Positions 46,661 to 57,168 of a stretch of DNA of 64,000 bases are shown piece after piece (position 1 is the first letter of the stretch; every line of letters starts with the position of its first letter). The translations under genes and the position numbers were made by a program. The notes under the pieces are model-generated. The model was not told the origin of the DNA, made no database searches, and saw only the letters and a program-made list of their open reading frames with translations. The stretch covers positions 298,191 through 362,190 of the forward strand of contig CAYRES010000001.1 of NCBI GenBank assembly GCA_964423425.1, written 5' to 3'. The stretch comes from an uncultured Gaiellales bacterium. Lineage in GTDB: Bacteria; Actinomycetota; Thermoleophilia; RBG-16-64-13.

Positions 46661-49279
46661 GTGAAGACAAGCGAACTCAGGAAGCTGTTCCTCGAGTACT
46701 TCGTGCAGAATGGACACCTCCTGGTGCCCAGCTCATCTCTCATACCGCATCGTGATCCTTCGGTTCTTCTGACCACTGCAGGCATGCAGCAGTTCAAGCC
46801 CTACTACCTCGGAGTGGAGGAGCCTCCCAGCCGGCGTCTCGCCAGCTGCCAGAAGTGTTTCCGTACCACCGACATCGATCGGGTCGGCTCCACCGCCAGG
46901 CACTGCACCTTCTTTGAGATGCTGGGCAACTTCGCCATCGGCGATTACTTCAAGAGGGAAGCCATTCACTTTGGATACGAGTTCTCGGTGGACTACCTGG
47001 GCTTCGACCCCCAACTGCTGTGGGTGTCGGTATTCGAGGGTGACGACGAGGTACCTCCCGACGAGGAGGCCATCGAGGCGTGGGAGCAGATGGGTATACC
47101 ACGCGACCGCATGGTACGGCTGCCGCGCAGCGAGAACTTCTGGGGGCCGGCCGGTCCCACCGGTCCCTGCGGGCCCTGCTCCGAGCTGTACCTGGATCGC
47201 GGCCCCGGCGTGGGCTGCGGCGAGCCGGACTGCAAGCCTGGATGTGAGTGCGACCGCTTCATCGAGTATTGGAACCTCGTCTTTACCCAGTACAACATGG
47301 GCTCCGACGGACGGGTTTCGCCGCTGCCTTCGAAGAACATCGACACGGGCATGGGTTTGGAGCGGGTGGCCGCCCTCGTCCAAGGCGTCGATTCCGTGTT
47401 CATGAACGACGTGTTCCAACCTCTCATCGAGCTGGGGGAGGAGCTCGCGGAGGTGCCGTTCGGACGGGACGAGAGGGCCGACGTCGCTCTCAGAGTGTTG
47501 GCCGACCACTCACGGGCCATGACCTTCCTCATTGCCGACGGGGTTCTTCCGGGCAACGAGGGCCGGGGCTATGTGTTGCGGCGTGTCATCCGCCGCGCTG
47601 CCCGGGTCAGTCGCACCGTCGACATGCAACCGCCCTTCCTCGGCCGCTTCGCCGAGCGGGTCATCGAGGTCCTCGGTGACGCATACCCGGAGTTATGTGA
47701 GCGCCGCGACACCATAGTCCGCATCGTGGACGCAGAGGAGGAACGCTTCAACCGCACGCTGGACCAGGGTCTCGTGCTGCTCAATCAGGAGATCGCCCGG
47801 ACGCTCGAGGAAGGCAGCGGCACCCTTGCCGGCCGCGTGGCCTTCGTTCTCCACGACACGTATGGTTTTCCGGTGGAGGTCACCCGGGAACTCGCCTCCG
47901 AACGAGGTCTCTCCCTCGACACGGAGGAGTTCGCCCAAGCCATGGATGAACAAAGGGCCCGGGCGCGGAGCTCGCAGCAGGTGAGTAGCGAGGACAAGGA
48001 AGTGCTCGAGTTCGCCCGCGGGGTGGAGCAGCCCACTGAGTTCTGTGGATACGAGCGCGATGAGCTCTTCACCGTGATCCAGGATGTGCGTGAGGTTGGT
48101 GAGGGGCGCATGGTCGTGTCTCTGCGGGAGAGTCCCTTCTATGCGGAGAAGGGGGGACAAACCGCCGATATTGGTTGGCTTGAGTCTGACACGGGTAAGG
48201 CCGAGGTGCTCGACGTCCAAGAACACGGTGCGGTTCAGATCATTGCGGCCCGCATTCTTCAGGGTAGCGTTCGCGCCGGCCAGCGCGTGCGGGCGGCCAT
48301 CTCCACCGTGCACCGGCATTCAGTGGCTGCGAACCACACTGGCACCCATCTGCTCCACTATGCCCTGCGCACCATCCTGGGGGACGACGCCACCCAGGCC
48401 GGCTCGGCGGTGCGTGCCGACAAGTTCCGCTTCGATTTTGCGTACCCCGGCCCCTTGGGTTCGGAGCGGGTGGCCGATATCGAGGAGCTGGTGAACCGCA
48501 AGATCGTGGAGAATCACCCGGTGCGGGTCTTTACCACTACCCTCGAGCACGCGCGCGATCTGGGCGCGACGGCGCTCTTTGGCGAGAAGTACAGCGATTT
48601 CGTCCGCGTGGTCGAGGTCGATGATTTCAGTCGAGAGTTGTGCGGAGGCACCCATGTCTCCACTACCAGTGAAATTGGTGCCTTTAAGATACTGTCAGAG
48701 GCCAGCGTGGGGGCCAACGTGCGCCGCATCGAAGCGGTGACCGGACGCAAGGCGGTGGAGTACTACCGCGAGCGTGATCACATGCTGTCGCTGGTGGCAG
48801 AGGAGCTCCAAGTCCGTGACGATCAGGTTCTCCCTGGAGTGGGCAGGCTCAAGCAGCGCATCTCCGAACTGCACGAGGAGATACAAGAACTCCGTTCGGG
48901 AAAGACGGCCGACGTGGTGGGAGACTTGGCGGCCCAGGCCACCAAGGTGGGTTCGGCGGCATATGTGGTGGCGACCATCGAAGCCCGCGATCTCGAGCAG
49001 ATGCTCGGGGTGGTCGACAAGGTGAGAGACCGGCTGAAGCAGGGTGTGGTGGCCTTGGGTGCCCAAGTGGACGGTAAGGCCCTTCTCGTGGTGGGCACAA
49101 CGAAGGACTTGGACGGAACCCTCCACGCCGGTAACCTGGCCAAGGAGGCGGCTTCCCGGGTGGCGGGGGGTGGAGGAGGCACGGCGACTCTGGGCAGGGC
49201 CGGAGGTGGAGATCTCTCCGGCCTCGACGACGCGCTTGCCACCATACGCAGAGCGATTGAGGAAGCTCTGAGAGCGTAG
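46661..49279 (+). CDS. alaS: alanine--tRNA ligase
   Basis: N-terminus KTSELRKLFLEYFVQNGH...PHRDPSVLLTTAGMQQFKP. The editing domain reads HTGTHLLHYAL...CGGTH. Confidence 0.92.
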   Translation: MKTSELRKLFLEYFVQNGHLLVPSSSLIPHRDPSVLLTTAGMQQFKPYYLGVEEPPSRRLASCQKCFRTTDIDRVGSTARHCTFFEMLGNFAIGDYFKREAIHFGYEFSVDYLGFDPQLLWVSVFEGDDEVPPDEEAIEAWEQMGIPRDRMVRLPRSENFWGPAGPTGPCGPCSELYLDRGPGVGCGEPDCKPGCECDRFIEYWNLVFTQYNMGSDGRVSPLPSKNIDTGMGLERVAALVQGVDSVFMNDVFQPLIELGEELAEVPFGRDERADVALRVLADHSRAMTFLIADGVLPGNEGRGYVLRRVIRRAARVSRTVDMQPPFLGRFAERVIEVLGDAYPELCERRDTIVRIVDAEEERFNRTLDQGLVLLNQEIARTLEEGSGTLAGRVAFVLHDTYGFPVEVTRELASERGLSLDTEEFAQAMDEQRARARSSQQVSSEDKEVLEFARGVEQPTEFCGYERDELFTVIQDVREVGEGRMVVSLRESPFYAEKGGQTADIGWLESDTGKAEVLDVQEHGAVQIIAARILQGSVRAGQRVRAAISTVHRHSVAANHTGTHLLHYALRTILGDDATQAGSAVRADKFRFDFAYPGPLGSERVADIEELVNRKIVENHPVRVFTTTLEHARDLGATALFGEKYSDFVRVVEVDDFSRELCGGTHVSTTSEIGAFKILSEASVGANVRRIEAVTGRKAVEYYRERDHMLSLVAEELQVRDDQVLPGVGRLKQRISELHEEIQELRSGKTADVVGDLAAQATKVGSAAYVVATIEARDLEQMLGVVDKVRDRLKQGVVALGAQVDGKALLVVGTTKDLDGTLHAGNLAKEAASRVAGGGGGTATLGRAGGGDLSGLDDALATIRRAIEEALRA

Positions 49280-49281
49280 CC

Positions 49282-49761
49282 TTGCGGGTACTCGCGGTCG
49301 ACGTCGGTACCGCCCGGAGCGGTCTCGCTCTCTCCGACCCCAGCGGGCTCATCTGCCGACCTCTCGACATCATCGAAGAGAGAGACCACGAAGCTCTTGC
49401 CCGGACGGTGGCGGAAATCGCCACACGGGAGGGTGCGGGCATGGTCCTGGTCGGGGTGCCGCGTTCCCTGCGCGGCCATCCCAACAAGCAGTCGATTCTG
49501 TCGGAGAGGTTCGCCGGCCTGCTGCGCGCCCGTTTCGAGGGGCAGGTGGTGATGTGGGATGAGCGCTTCACCACCACACTCGCCCGCAGACTGAGCCCGC
49601 GGGGCCATATGCCCGACGATGCCCGGGCGGCATGCTACCTTCTACAAAGCTACCTCGATGCTCCCCGCGAGGCGAGGGCAGGTATAGTTACTCGTGATGA
49701 GACATCCACGTCGAACAAACGAGACGACAGCAGTCGTAGCGGTCACAGAGGCGGTAGATAA
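49282..49761 (+). CDS. ruvX: Holliday junction resolvase-like protein RuvX/YqgF
   Basis: (M)RVLAVDVGTARSGLALSD matches RuvX. TTG start. Position after alaS is typical. Confidence 0.85.
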   Translation: MRVLAVDVGTARSGLALSDPSGLICRPLDIIEERDHEALARTVAEIATREGAGMVLVGVPRSLRGHPNKQSILSERFAGLLRARFEGQVVMWDERFTTTLARRLSPRGHMPDDARAACYLLQSYLDAPREARAGIVTRDETSTSNKRDDSSRSGHRGGR

Positions 49762-50849
49762 TGCCTGAGGAGATACATACGCCCGCCCGGAGAACCGGCC
49801 GGAAGGCGACCACACGGCGGAACCGGTTCCTCGTGCTGGCGGGTTTCGGTGTGCTCATCGTGGTGGCCGTCATCATCGTGGTTGCCGCCGCCGGCGGTCT
49901 GCGTGACAGAGGGGCCACCACGGCCTCAACCTCGCCGACGGGGCCGATCCACGTCACCATAGAGACCGGTCTGTCTGCCGTGGCCATCGCAGAGCTACTC
50001 GAAGAGGCGGGTGTAGTGACTTCGGCCCGGGGGTTTTTGAACGATGTGAAGGCCGCGGGTGCGGAGACGCAGCTTCGTCCCGGGCGGTACGCCTTTGGCG
50101 CCCTCGAGCCCCACGAATCGATCATCACCAAGCTGTCAACCGGCCAGCAGGATGATGTCGCGAAGATCACCATTCCCGAGGGTTTGAGCATAGACCAGGT
50201 GGCGGCCAGGCTCGAAGACACGGTGGACGTGGACGGCGCCGACTACGAAGCATTGGCGCACAGCCCGAGCAGCTTCTCCGTGCCACGAGTGGCGGGAGAC
50301 CGACTGGAGGTCGAAGATCTCGAGGGCCTACTCTTTCCGAGCACGTATTACGTAGAGCCGGGTTTCTCCTCCGAGCAGCTTATTGCCATCCAGCTTGCGA
50401 CGTTCGAACAGAAGACGGCTTCTCTGCCCTGGTCCAACGCAGCTGGTCTGGGGCTCACGCCGTATGACATCATCATCATCGCCTCTCTGATCGAGAAAGA
50501 GACCAGCATTCCCGAGGAGCGACCGCTGGCGGCGGCAGTCATCTATAACCGGCTGGACAAGGACATGCGTCTCGAGTTCTGTTCGAGCGTGCGTTTCGCC
50601 CTCAAGAAGTGGACAGGCGCCCTCACCACGAGTGACCTTGAGACCGAATCTCCGTATAACACCTACAGGAACAGGGGTCTGCCGCCGGGTCCGGTGTCGA
50701 GTCCGGGCCTCGATGCTCTTGAGGCGGCGCTCAACCCGGCGGATGTCGACTACCTGTATTTCGTCCTGATCGATGAGGATGGGCATCACTTCTTCACCTC
50801 GTCGTACGACGATTTCCTGGAAGCCAAGCGCCGGTCCCCCGGCCAGTAG
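49761..50849 (+). CDS. mltG: endolytic murein transglycosylase MltG (YceG-like)
   Basis: N-terminal TM helix, and the YceG domain with catalytic region IIIASLIEKETSIPEERPLAAAVIYNRL. It overlaps the ruvX stop (TAATG). Confidence 0.88.
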   Translation: MPEEIHTPARRTGRKATTRRNRFLVLAGFGVLIVVAVIIVVAAAGGLRDRGATTASTSPTGPIHVTIETGLSAVAIAELLEEAGVVTSARGFLNDVKAAGAETQLRPGRYAFGALEPHESIITKLSTGQQDDVAKITIPEGLSIDQVAARLEDTVDVDGADYEALAHSPSSFSVPRVAGDRLEVEDLEGLLFPSTYYVEPGFSSEQLIAIQLATFEQKTASLPWSNAAGLGLTPYDIIIIASLIEKETSIPEERPLAAAVIYNRLDKDMRLEFCSSVRFALKKWTGALTTSDLETESPYNTYRNRGLPPGPVSSPGLDALEAALNPADVDYLYFVLIDEDGHHFFTSSYDDFLEAKRRSPGQ

Positions 50850-50970
50850 AGGGTTCAGCGCAGGGTTCTCCGCGCCGGGGTGCCAAGAGAGGCCCCAAGT
50901 CGTATGAAACTCACGCGCCGTGCGTAGTAGGGTGGGGAAGGCGGGTGGGTTCGACCAGGAGAGGGGAACA

Positions 50971-51834
50971 ATGGCCGCTGCCATCTCGGGCTCGACGAAG
51001 GTTCTGGCATTGCTGGGTCATCCCGTGGCGCATTCACTGTCGCCGCGGCTTCACAATGCCGCCTGTGAGGCTCTTGGCCTCGATATGGTCTATGTCACGT
51101 TCGACGTCGAGCCCGCCGCTCTCCCTGCCGCGGTCGACGGCCTCCGCGCCCTGGGCGTGGCCGGTGCGAATGTCACCGTGCCCCACAAGGAGCGGGTGGC
51201 TGCTTTGCTCGACACCTTGGAGGGCGCTGCCGCCTCGCTTCGCACGGTGAACACCATCGTGAATCGTGACGGCCGCTTGAGCGGTCACAACACCGACGTT
51301 GCGGGTTTCAGCCGCGCCCTCTGCGCAGGGCTCCCAGGGAAGCCTGCCGGAAGCCGGTACGTGGTCTTCGGGGCGGGCGGGGCCGCGCGGGCCGTGGTGT
51401 GGGGGCTCGTAGCCCTCGGCGCGGCGCGTGTCTCCATCTACAACAGGACTCACGAGAAGGCGGTGGCCTTGGCGGCCGAAGCACGCAACTGGGCCTCTCC
51501 CGAGGGTGCGTGTGAGGTCGAAGCAACCGTCCTCTCCGGCCTGGCCGCACGTATCGACGACGCCCAGGTGGTGGTGAACGCCACCAGTGTCGGTTTGGAA
51601 TCCGGCCTCAAGGACATTCCCTTTCCTGTCGATAGTCTATCTAGCAAACACACGGTGATGGATTTGGTGTACGACACACAACCAACGGTGTTCCTACAAA
51701 AGGCGGGGGAGAAGGGCGCTCACCTCATCTCAGGTGTGTCCATGCTTCTGGAGCAGGCCGCGCTCTCTTTCACTCTCTGGACGGGGCGGAAGCCCCCGCT
51801 CTTGGACATGAAGAGGGCACTGGAGCTGGTGTGA
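50971..51834 (+). CDS. aroE: shikimate dehydrogenase
   Basis: Sequence LALLGHPVAHSLSPRLHNAA...VFGAGGAARAV matches AroE. ATG follows SD GGAGAGGGG. Confidence 0.88.
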   Translation: MAAAISGSTKVLALLGHPVAHSLSPRLHNAACEALGLDMVYVTFDVEPAALPAAVDGLRALGVAGANVTVPHKERVAALLDTLEGAAASLRTVNTIVNRDGRLSGHNTDVAGFSRALCAGLPGKPAGSRYVVFGAGGAARAVVWGLVALGAARVSIYNRTHEKAVALAAEARNWASPEGACEVEATVLSGLAARIDDAQVVVNATSVGLESGLKDIPFPVDSLSSKHTVMDLVYDTQPTVFLQKAGEKGAHLISGVSMLLEQAALSFTLWTGRKPPLLDMKRALELV

Positions 51835-53552
51835 TGCAATTGCCGAACGAAGAGCTCTCTCAGCGCAGACAGACGAAGAAGCGTACAGGTGAGATCCTGG
51901 TGGAGATGGGTCTCATCACCCCGCAGCAACTCATGGAGGCGCTCGAGGAGCAGAAGGTCAGCCATCGGCGCATTGGAGAGATCCTGGTTGAGCGCAAATG
52001 GGTCAAGAACTACGAGCTGGCCGAAGCCTTGGGCCGTCGGCTCGGTGTGCGTTTTATCGATCTCTCTGAGACCAGGATCGATCCCGCCGCCGCCAGCCTC
52101 ATCTCTGAACGTGATGCCAGACGCTATGCGGCGCTGCCGGTGGCATTCGATGATGATCATACCCTTGTTGTGGCAATGGCCGATCCGGCCAACATCTTTG
52201 CCATAGATGATCTGCGTATCCTCACCGGCTGCGACATTGAGCCGGGCATCGCCACAGAGGAAGACATCTTCGAACAGATCGGCCAGCTGAACCGGCTCGA
52301 TGAGAGGGTGGGGCAGGATCTCGAAACCGCTGCGGAAGAAGACGCCTCTGACCAAGACATCCGCGACCTCTTGGAGAGGGTCGACGAGGCCCCCATCGTC
52401 AAGCTCGTCAACAGCATCATTGCTCAGGCCGCCGAGGACGGGGCCTCCGACATACACTTCGAGCCACAGGCCAAGGAGATGACTGTGCGGTTCCGCCAAG
52501 ACGGCGTGCTCCACGAGGTGATGTCGGTACCGCGCAGGCTGCAATCAGGCGTATTGTCCCGGCTCAAGATCATGGCCGACCTCGACATCGCCGAACGCCG
52601 TGTTCCGCAAGATGGGCGCATCGGGCTCATGGTGGGCGGCAAACCCATCGACATGCGGGTCGCCAGCCTGCCCACCGTGTACGGAGAGAAGATTGTCATC
52701 CGTTTGCTCGACCGGTCCAGCGTGCTCATGCGTCTTGAAGACCTGGGCTTCGGTGAGAAAGCCCTCGCCCGCTACCGTAAGTCGTTCACGAAGCCCTACG
52801 GGGCCATCCTGGTGACGGGCCCGACTGGATCGGGCAAGTCCACCACGCTCTATGCGACGCTGAACATCTTGAACTCGCCGGAGAAGAACGTGATCACGGT
52901 GGAGGACCCGGTGGAGTACCGCCTCCCGGGCATCAACCAGGTGCAGACCAACACCAAAGCCGGGCTCACGTTTGCTTCGGGCCTCCGTTCGATCCTGCGT
53001 TGTGATCCCGACATCGTCATGATCGGCGAGATTCGCGACAAGGAGACCGCTCAGATAGCCATCGAATCGGCCCTCACCGGCCATCTCGTGCTCTCCACAC
53101 TGCACACGAACGATGCTCCCGGAGCGCTGTCCCGGCTCACGGAGATGGGCATCGAGCCCTTCCTCACCGCTTCCGCAGTCGATTGTGTGCTGGCCCAGAG
53201 GCTGGCGCGGCGCCTTTGCGACTTCTGCAAAGAAGCTTACAAGCCGACGAAGGAGATGCTGCGCCGTAACGACTTCCCCCAAGAAGTGGTGGATGACTGG
53301 GAGTCCGTGACGCTCTACCGCGCCCAGGGCTGCAAGCGCTGCAACGGCACCGGCTACAAGGGCCGTTTGGGCATCTACGAGGTCATGCTGGTCTCTGAAG
53401 CCATAGAAAGGCTAACGGTAGAACGCAAGAGTGCCGATGAAATAGGCAGAGTGGCTCAAGCTGAGGGCATGAAGAGCCTTCGTGAGGATGGCATCGACAA
53501 GGTACTCGACGGCATCACGAGCATCGAAGAGATTGCCCGCGTGATCGTGTAG
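51831..53552 (+). CDS. pilB: type IV pilus assembly ATPase PilB (GspE family)
   Basis: N-terminal GSPII domain, Walker A ILVTGPTGSGKSTTLY, a Cys tetrad (CDFC...CKRCNGTG), and a His box. Confidence 0.9.
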   Translation: MMQLPNEELSQRRQTKKRTGEILVEMGLITPQQLMEALEEQKVSHRRIGEILVERKWVKNYELAEALGRRLGVRFIDLSETRIDPAAASLISERDARRYAALPVAFDDDHTLVVAMADPANIFAIDDLRILTGCDIEPGIATEEDIFEQIGQLNRLDERVGQDLETAAEEDASDQDIRDLLERVDEAPIVKLVNSIIAQAAEDGASDIHFEPQAKEMTVRFRQDGVLHEVMSVPRRLQSGVLSRLKIMADLDIAERRVPQDGRIGLMVGGKPIDMRVASLPTVYGEKIVIRLLDRSSVLMRLEDLGFGEKALARYRKSFTKPYGAILVTGPTGSGKSTTLYATLNILNSPEKNVITVEDPVEYRLPGINQVQTNTKAGLTFASGLRSILRCDPDIVMIGEIRDKETAQIAIESALTGHLVLSTLHTNDAPGALSRLTEMGIEPFLTASAVDCVLAQRLARRLCDFCKEAYKPTKEMLRRNDFPQEVVDDWESVTLYRAQGCKRCNGTGYKGRLGIYEVMLVSEAIERLTVERKSADEIGRVAQAEGMKSLREDGIDKVLDGITSIEEIARVIV

Positions 53553-53580
53553 CGGCACGCAGACGGCAGGGAGGTACAAC

Positions 53581-54645
53581 GTGGATCTGGCCGACATTCT
53601 GCTTGAGGTATTGGAACGGGGGGCATCCGACCTTCACCTCACGGTGGGGGTGCCTCCTGCGGTTCGCATCAACGGTACCCTCGAGCATCTCGATTATCCA
53701 CGCCTGAGCCTCACCGACACCAGAGAACTCGTCTACAGCATCCTCACCCAGGAGCAGCGACAGCGCTTGGAAACCGACTGGGAGATCGACTTCTCCTACT
53801 CCGTACCCGGGGCAGCCCGCTTCCGTGTCAATGCCTTCTTCCAGCGGAACAGCCTGGGCGCCGCGTTTCGCTTGGTGCCGCTGAACGTTCTGAATATCGA
53901 CGACCTGTCGTTGCCGAAGGTGGCGCATACCTTCTGTACGAAGGCTCGAGGCATCATCCTGGTTACGGGCCCCACCGGTTCGGGGAAGTCCACCACGCTC
54001 GCGGCCATCATCGACGAGATCAACGATATCCGCTCCGACCACATCATGACCATCGAAGATCCCATCGAATTCCTTCATAAGCACAAGAGCTGTATCGTGA
54101 ATCAGCGCGAGGTCGGCACGGACACCAAGGGGTTCGGCCGGGCGCTGCGCTCGGTACTCCGGCAGGATCCCGACATCATTCTCATCGGCGAGATGCGCGA
54201 CTTGGAGACCATACAGACCGCGCTCACCGCGGCCGAGACGGGCCACTTGGTCTTCGCCACCCTTCACACGCAGGACTGCCCGCAGACCATCGACCGGATG
54301 ATCGACGTCTTCCCCCCTCATCAGCAGGAGCAGATCAGGGTCCAGATCGCAGCGACCATCCAGGGTGTGCTGTCACAACAGCTTCTGGCCCGTAGGGACG
54401 GCCACGGGCGAGTGGTGGCCTGTGAGGTGTTGATTCCCACGCCGGCGGTGCGCAATCTCATACGCGAGGGAAAGACCCATCAGATCTACACCATTATGCA
54501 GACCGGCACCAAGTTCGGCATGCAGACCATGGATGCAGCCCTCGCCGATCTCGTGAGACGCAAGCTCATCACCCGCGAGATGGCGGAGACCCACGCATCC
54601 AACCCGGAAGACCTGGGCAGGTTGCTCATGAGCGGCGCTGCGTAG
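53581..54645 (+). CDS. pilT: type IV pilus retraction ATPase PilT
   Basis: Sequence ASDLHLTVGVPPAVRINGTL, Walker A ILVTGPTGSGKSTTLA, and the AIRNLIREGKTHQI motif. Confidence 0.9.
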   Translation: MDLADILLEVLERGASDLHLTVGVPPAVRINGTLEHLDYPRLSLTDTRELVYSILTQEQRQRLETDWEIDFSYSVPGAARFRVNAFFQRNSLGAAFRLVPLNVLNIDDLSLPKVAHTFCTKARGIILVTGPTGSGKSTTLAAIIDEINDIRSDHIMTIEDPIEFLHKHKSCIVNQREVGTDTKGFGRALRSVLRQDPDIILIGEMRDLETIQTALTAAETGHLVFATLHTQDCPQTIDRMIDVFPPHQQEQIRVQIAATIQGVLSQQLLARRDGHGRVVACEVLIPTPAVRNLIREGKTHQIYTIMQTGTKFGMQTMDAALADLVRRKLITREMAETHASNPEDLGRLLMSGAA

Positions 54646-54683
54646 GCGGCGGTGTGTGAGCGGAGGAGCGGGGGAGGGATACA

Positions 54684-55904
54684 GTGACAACCTATGTGTA
54701 CACCGCTCGAGGTGACCGGGGAGCCTCACAGCGCGGCGAGGCTGACGGTGCCTCCAAGGCTGCGGTAGCCGCTGAGCTGCGGCGGAAGGGTCTGACCGTA
54801 CTCACCCTCGACGAGAAGCGTGGCCAGAGCCTCAAGGCCCTCGACGACTACCTGCAGAACTTGACCACCATCAAGATGCGCGATCGGGTAGTGTTCTCGC
54901 GGCAGTTCGCCACGATGATCAACTCCGGGCTGGCCATCCTGCGTTCGCTCTATATCCTCGAGGAACAAACCGCCAATCCGCGATTCAAGAAGATCATCGC
55001 CGCCGTACGGAACGACGTGGAAGCCGGTCTACCCATCTCCGATGCTATGGAGAAACATCCGGCGGCCTTCAACACACTCTACGTAGCCATGGTCCGTGCG
55101 GGAGAAGTGGGGGGCGTACTCGACCAGACACTCGACAGGCTGGCGACTCAGCTAGAGAAGCAGGACAGCCTCAGGCGGACCGTCAAGTCGGCCATGACCT
55201 ACCCGATTCTCATCGGAGTCTTCGCCATCCTCGTCATGTTTGGCATGATCGTCTTCCTCATTCCCATGTTCGAGAACATGTATACCGAACTCGGGGGCAC
55301 TCTGCCGCTCCTCACCCGGATCATGGTGGGCATCAGTAACTTTGTGCGCAGCTGGTGGTTCATCGTGTTCCCCGCCCTCATCGCGCTCATCTTCGGTCTT
55401 CGTGAACTCAAGCGCAGCAAACAGGGTGTGAGAGTCTGGGATCGCGTCAAGCTGAAGACCCCCATGCGAATCGGCGACATCATCCGCAAGATCGTGATGG
55501 CACGTTTCAGTCGTACCCTGGCGACGCTGGTCACTTCCGGGGTCCCTATTCTGCAGGCCATCGACATCACGGGCAAGACCGCCGGTAACAGCGTAGTGGA
55601 AGAAGCCATGCATGACACCAAGGAACGCATCAAGGCGGGTGACTCCATAGCCCGGCCCTTGGAGAGGTTCCCCATATTCCCTCCCATGGTCACACAAATG
55701 ATCGCCATCGGGGAAGAGACCGGCGCCCTCGACAGCATGCTGCATAAGATCGCCGATTTCTACGAGGATGAGGTCGATGCCGCCATCAAGTCTCTGACTT
55801 CCATCTTGGAACCCATAATGATGATCCTGGTGGGAGGCCTGGTGGGAGTCATCGTCATCTCGATGTACCTGCCCATCTTCAACATGTTCAACCTGGTGCA
55901 GTAG
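54684..55904 (+). CDS. pilC: type IV pilus inner-membrane platform protein PilC (GspF family)
   Basis: Two T2SSF repeats with conserved GLPISDAM and VAIGEETGALD motifs. Confidence 0.88.
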   Translation: MTTYVYTARGDRGASQRGEADGASKAAVAAELRRKGLTVLTLDEKRGQSLKALDDYLQNLTTIKMRDRVVFSRQFATMINSGLAILRSLYILEEQTANPRFKKIIAAVRNDVEAGLPISDAMEKHPAAFNTLYVAMVRAGEVGGVLDQTLDRLATQLEKQDSLRRTVKSAMTYPILIGVFAILVMFGMIVFLIPMFENMYTELGGTLPLLTRIMVGISNFVRSWWFIVFPALIALIFGLRELKRSKQGVRVWDRVKLKTPMRIGDIIRKIVMARFSRTLATLVTSGVPILQAIDITGKTAGNSVVEEAMHDTKERIKAGDSIARPLERFPIFPPMVTQMIAIGEETGALDSMLHKIADFYEDEVDAAIKSLTSILEPIMMILVGGLVGVIVISMYLPIFNMFNLVQ

Positions 55905-55913
55905 GAGAGGATC

Positions 55914-56759
55914 GTGCCGGCAACCGCACAACTGGCGAGCGTAGAGGCCTCGGCCGGCTCCCGGGTCGAGTCCCGCGACATGTTGCTCGGCAGGGCACCG
56001 CAGCCCGGCCGGCACACGTCTGAGACGAACGAGGCCTGGGCGAGCTGTTACCAGAGAACCGGTTGTCTGACCTGCCTGGATACCCTTGTGGAGGCCAACG
56101 AGCCGCTCCTGCATCACACCTTGCGACGCTTCCGTTCCAGCAACGAACCCTACGAAGACCTGTTCCAAGTCGCCCGCATGGGCCTGTTGAAGGCCGCACA
56201 GCGCTATAAGCCCGACCGGGGCACGCGCTTCTCCACGTACGCGACCGCTATAGTCGACGGTGAAGTCCGACATTACCTGCGCGACAGTCTGCTTATGCGC
56301 CAGCCCCGATGGGCACGACGTCTCTACGGTGAGGTCGAACGTGCGCAGGCCGACTTCTTTCGGGAGCGCGGTCGGTATCCGACGGTGTCGGAAATCGGCG
56401 AGGCCATCAACGTGCGCGAGGAAGGTGTCACCGAGATTCTTCGTGTGTGGGCTCAGCTCAATATCCATTCCTGTGACGAGCCCGATGTCTTGGAGGAGTC
56501 TCCTTCGGTGGATCGGAGCCTCGTACGTAGCGCACGCAGAGAGAGCTTCAGCTTACCCGTAGAAGATCGCATCGCGCTGTACGACGCGCTGTCGACTCTG
56601 TCTGAGCTGCAGCGGCGCATCATCTACCTGGTGTTCTTCAAAGACCTCACGCAACAGCAGGTGGCCGATGAGGTCGGCCTGAACCAACGGGCCGTCTCGC
56701 GAGAACAGATGAGAGCCCTGTCGCGCCTGAAGGGCATACTCACCAAGAAGGTCTTCTGA
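55914..56759 (+). CDS. RNA polymerase sigma factor, group 3 (FliA/WhiG/SigB-like)
   Basis: Regions 2, 3 and 4 are recognisable (YEDLFQVARMGLLKAAQRY...FSTYATAIVDGEVRHYLRD...LTQQQVADEVGLNQRAVSR). GTG follows SD AGGAGAGG, directly after pilC. Confidence 0.8.
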   Translation: MPATAQLASVEASAGSRVESRDMLLGRAPQPGRHTSETNEAWASCYQRTGCLTCLDTLVEANEPLLHHTLRRFRSSNEPYEDLFQVARMGLLKAAQRYKPDRGTRFSTYATAIVDGEVRHYLRDSLLMRQPRWARRLYGEVERAQADFFRERGRYPTVSEIGEAINVREEGVTEILRVWAQLNIHSCDEPDVLEESPSVDRSLVRSARRESFSLPVEDRIALYDALSTLSELQRRIIYLVFFKDLTQQQVADEVGLNQRAVSREQMRALSRLKGILTKKVF

Positions 56760-56930
56760 GCGGTTACCGGCCCAGCCGAGGCCGGTGCGCACCCGTCATC
56801 CGGCAGTAAGTGACAATGGGCGCCGCTCGGCCTCTTGGTCGGTCGGGTATCGGTGAAGAAGGCGCCGGAAGATGAGGCAATCGCGAATGAGTTGCGCCTC
56901 CCCACGTTTCCCTCCTGCTCTCACGCGCGA

Positions 56931-56944
56931 TAATGTACATTATG
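56931..56944. repeat. 14-bp perfect palindrome ATAATGTACATTAT in an AT-richer convergent spacer
   Basis: Read directly from sequence. It lies inside the 409-bp gap between the sigma gene end and the MerR gene end. Confidence 0.6.
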
Positions 56945-57168
56945 TCAAGTAGACATCGGCACGCGCATCCGACTCCACAAGGTGAACCTTTCGTTGCGTC
57001 TCTGAGGACTCTCAGATTCCTCAACCCCCCACCCCTGGCCCAACCCCGCGGATGCCGGTCGCATAGGGTGGCGCGCAGCCGCGGACCGTGTTCTCGCCGC
57101 GGCGCGGAATCTCAGCGCGGCTTTGTGCCGCCAACGTGTGGGGTCTGCCGCGAGGTGATCGCGGCCGT

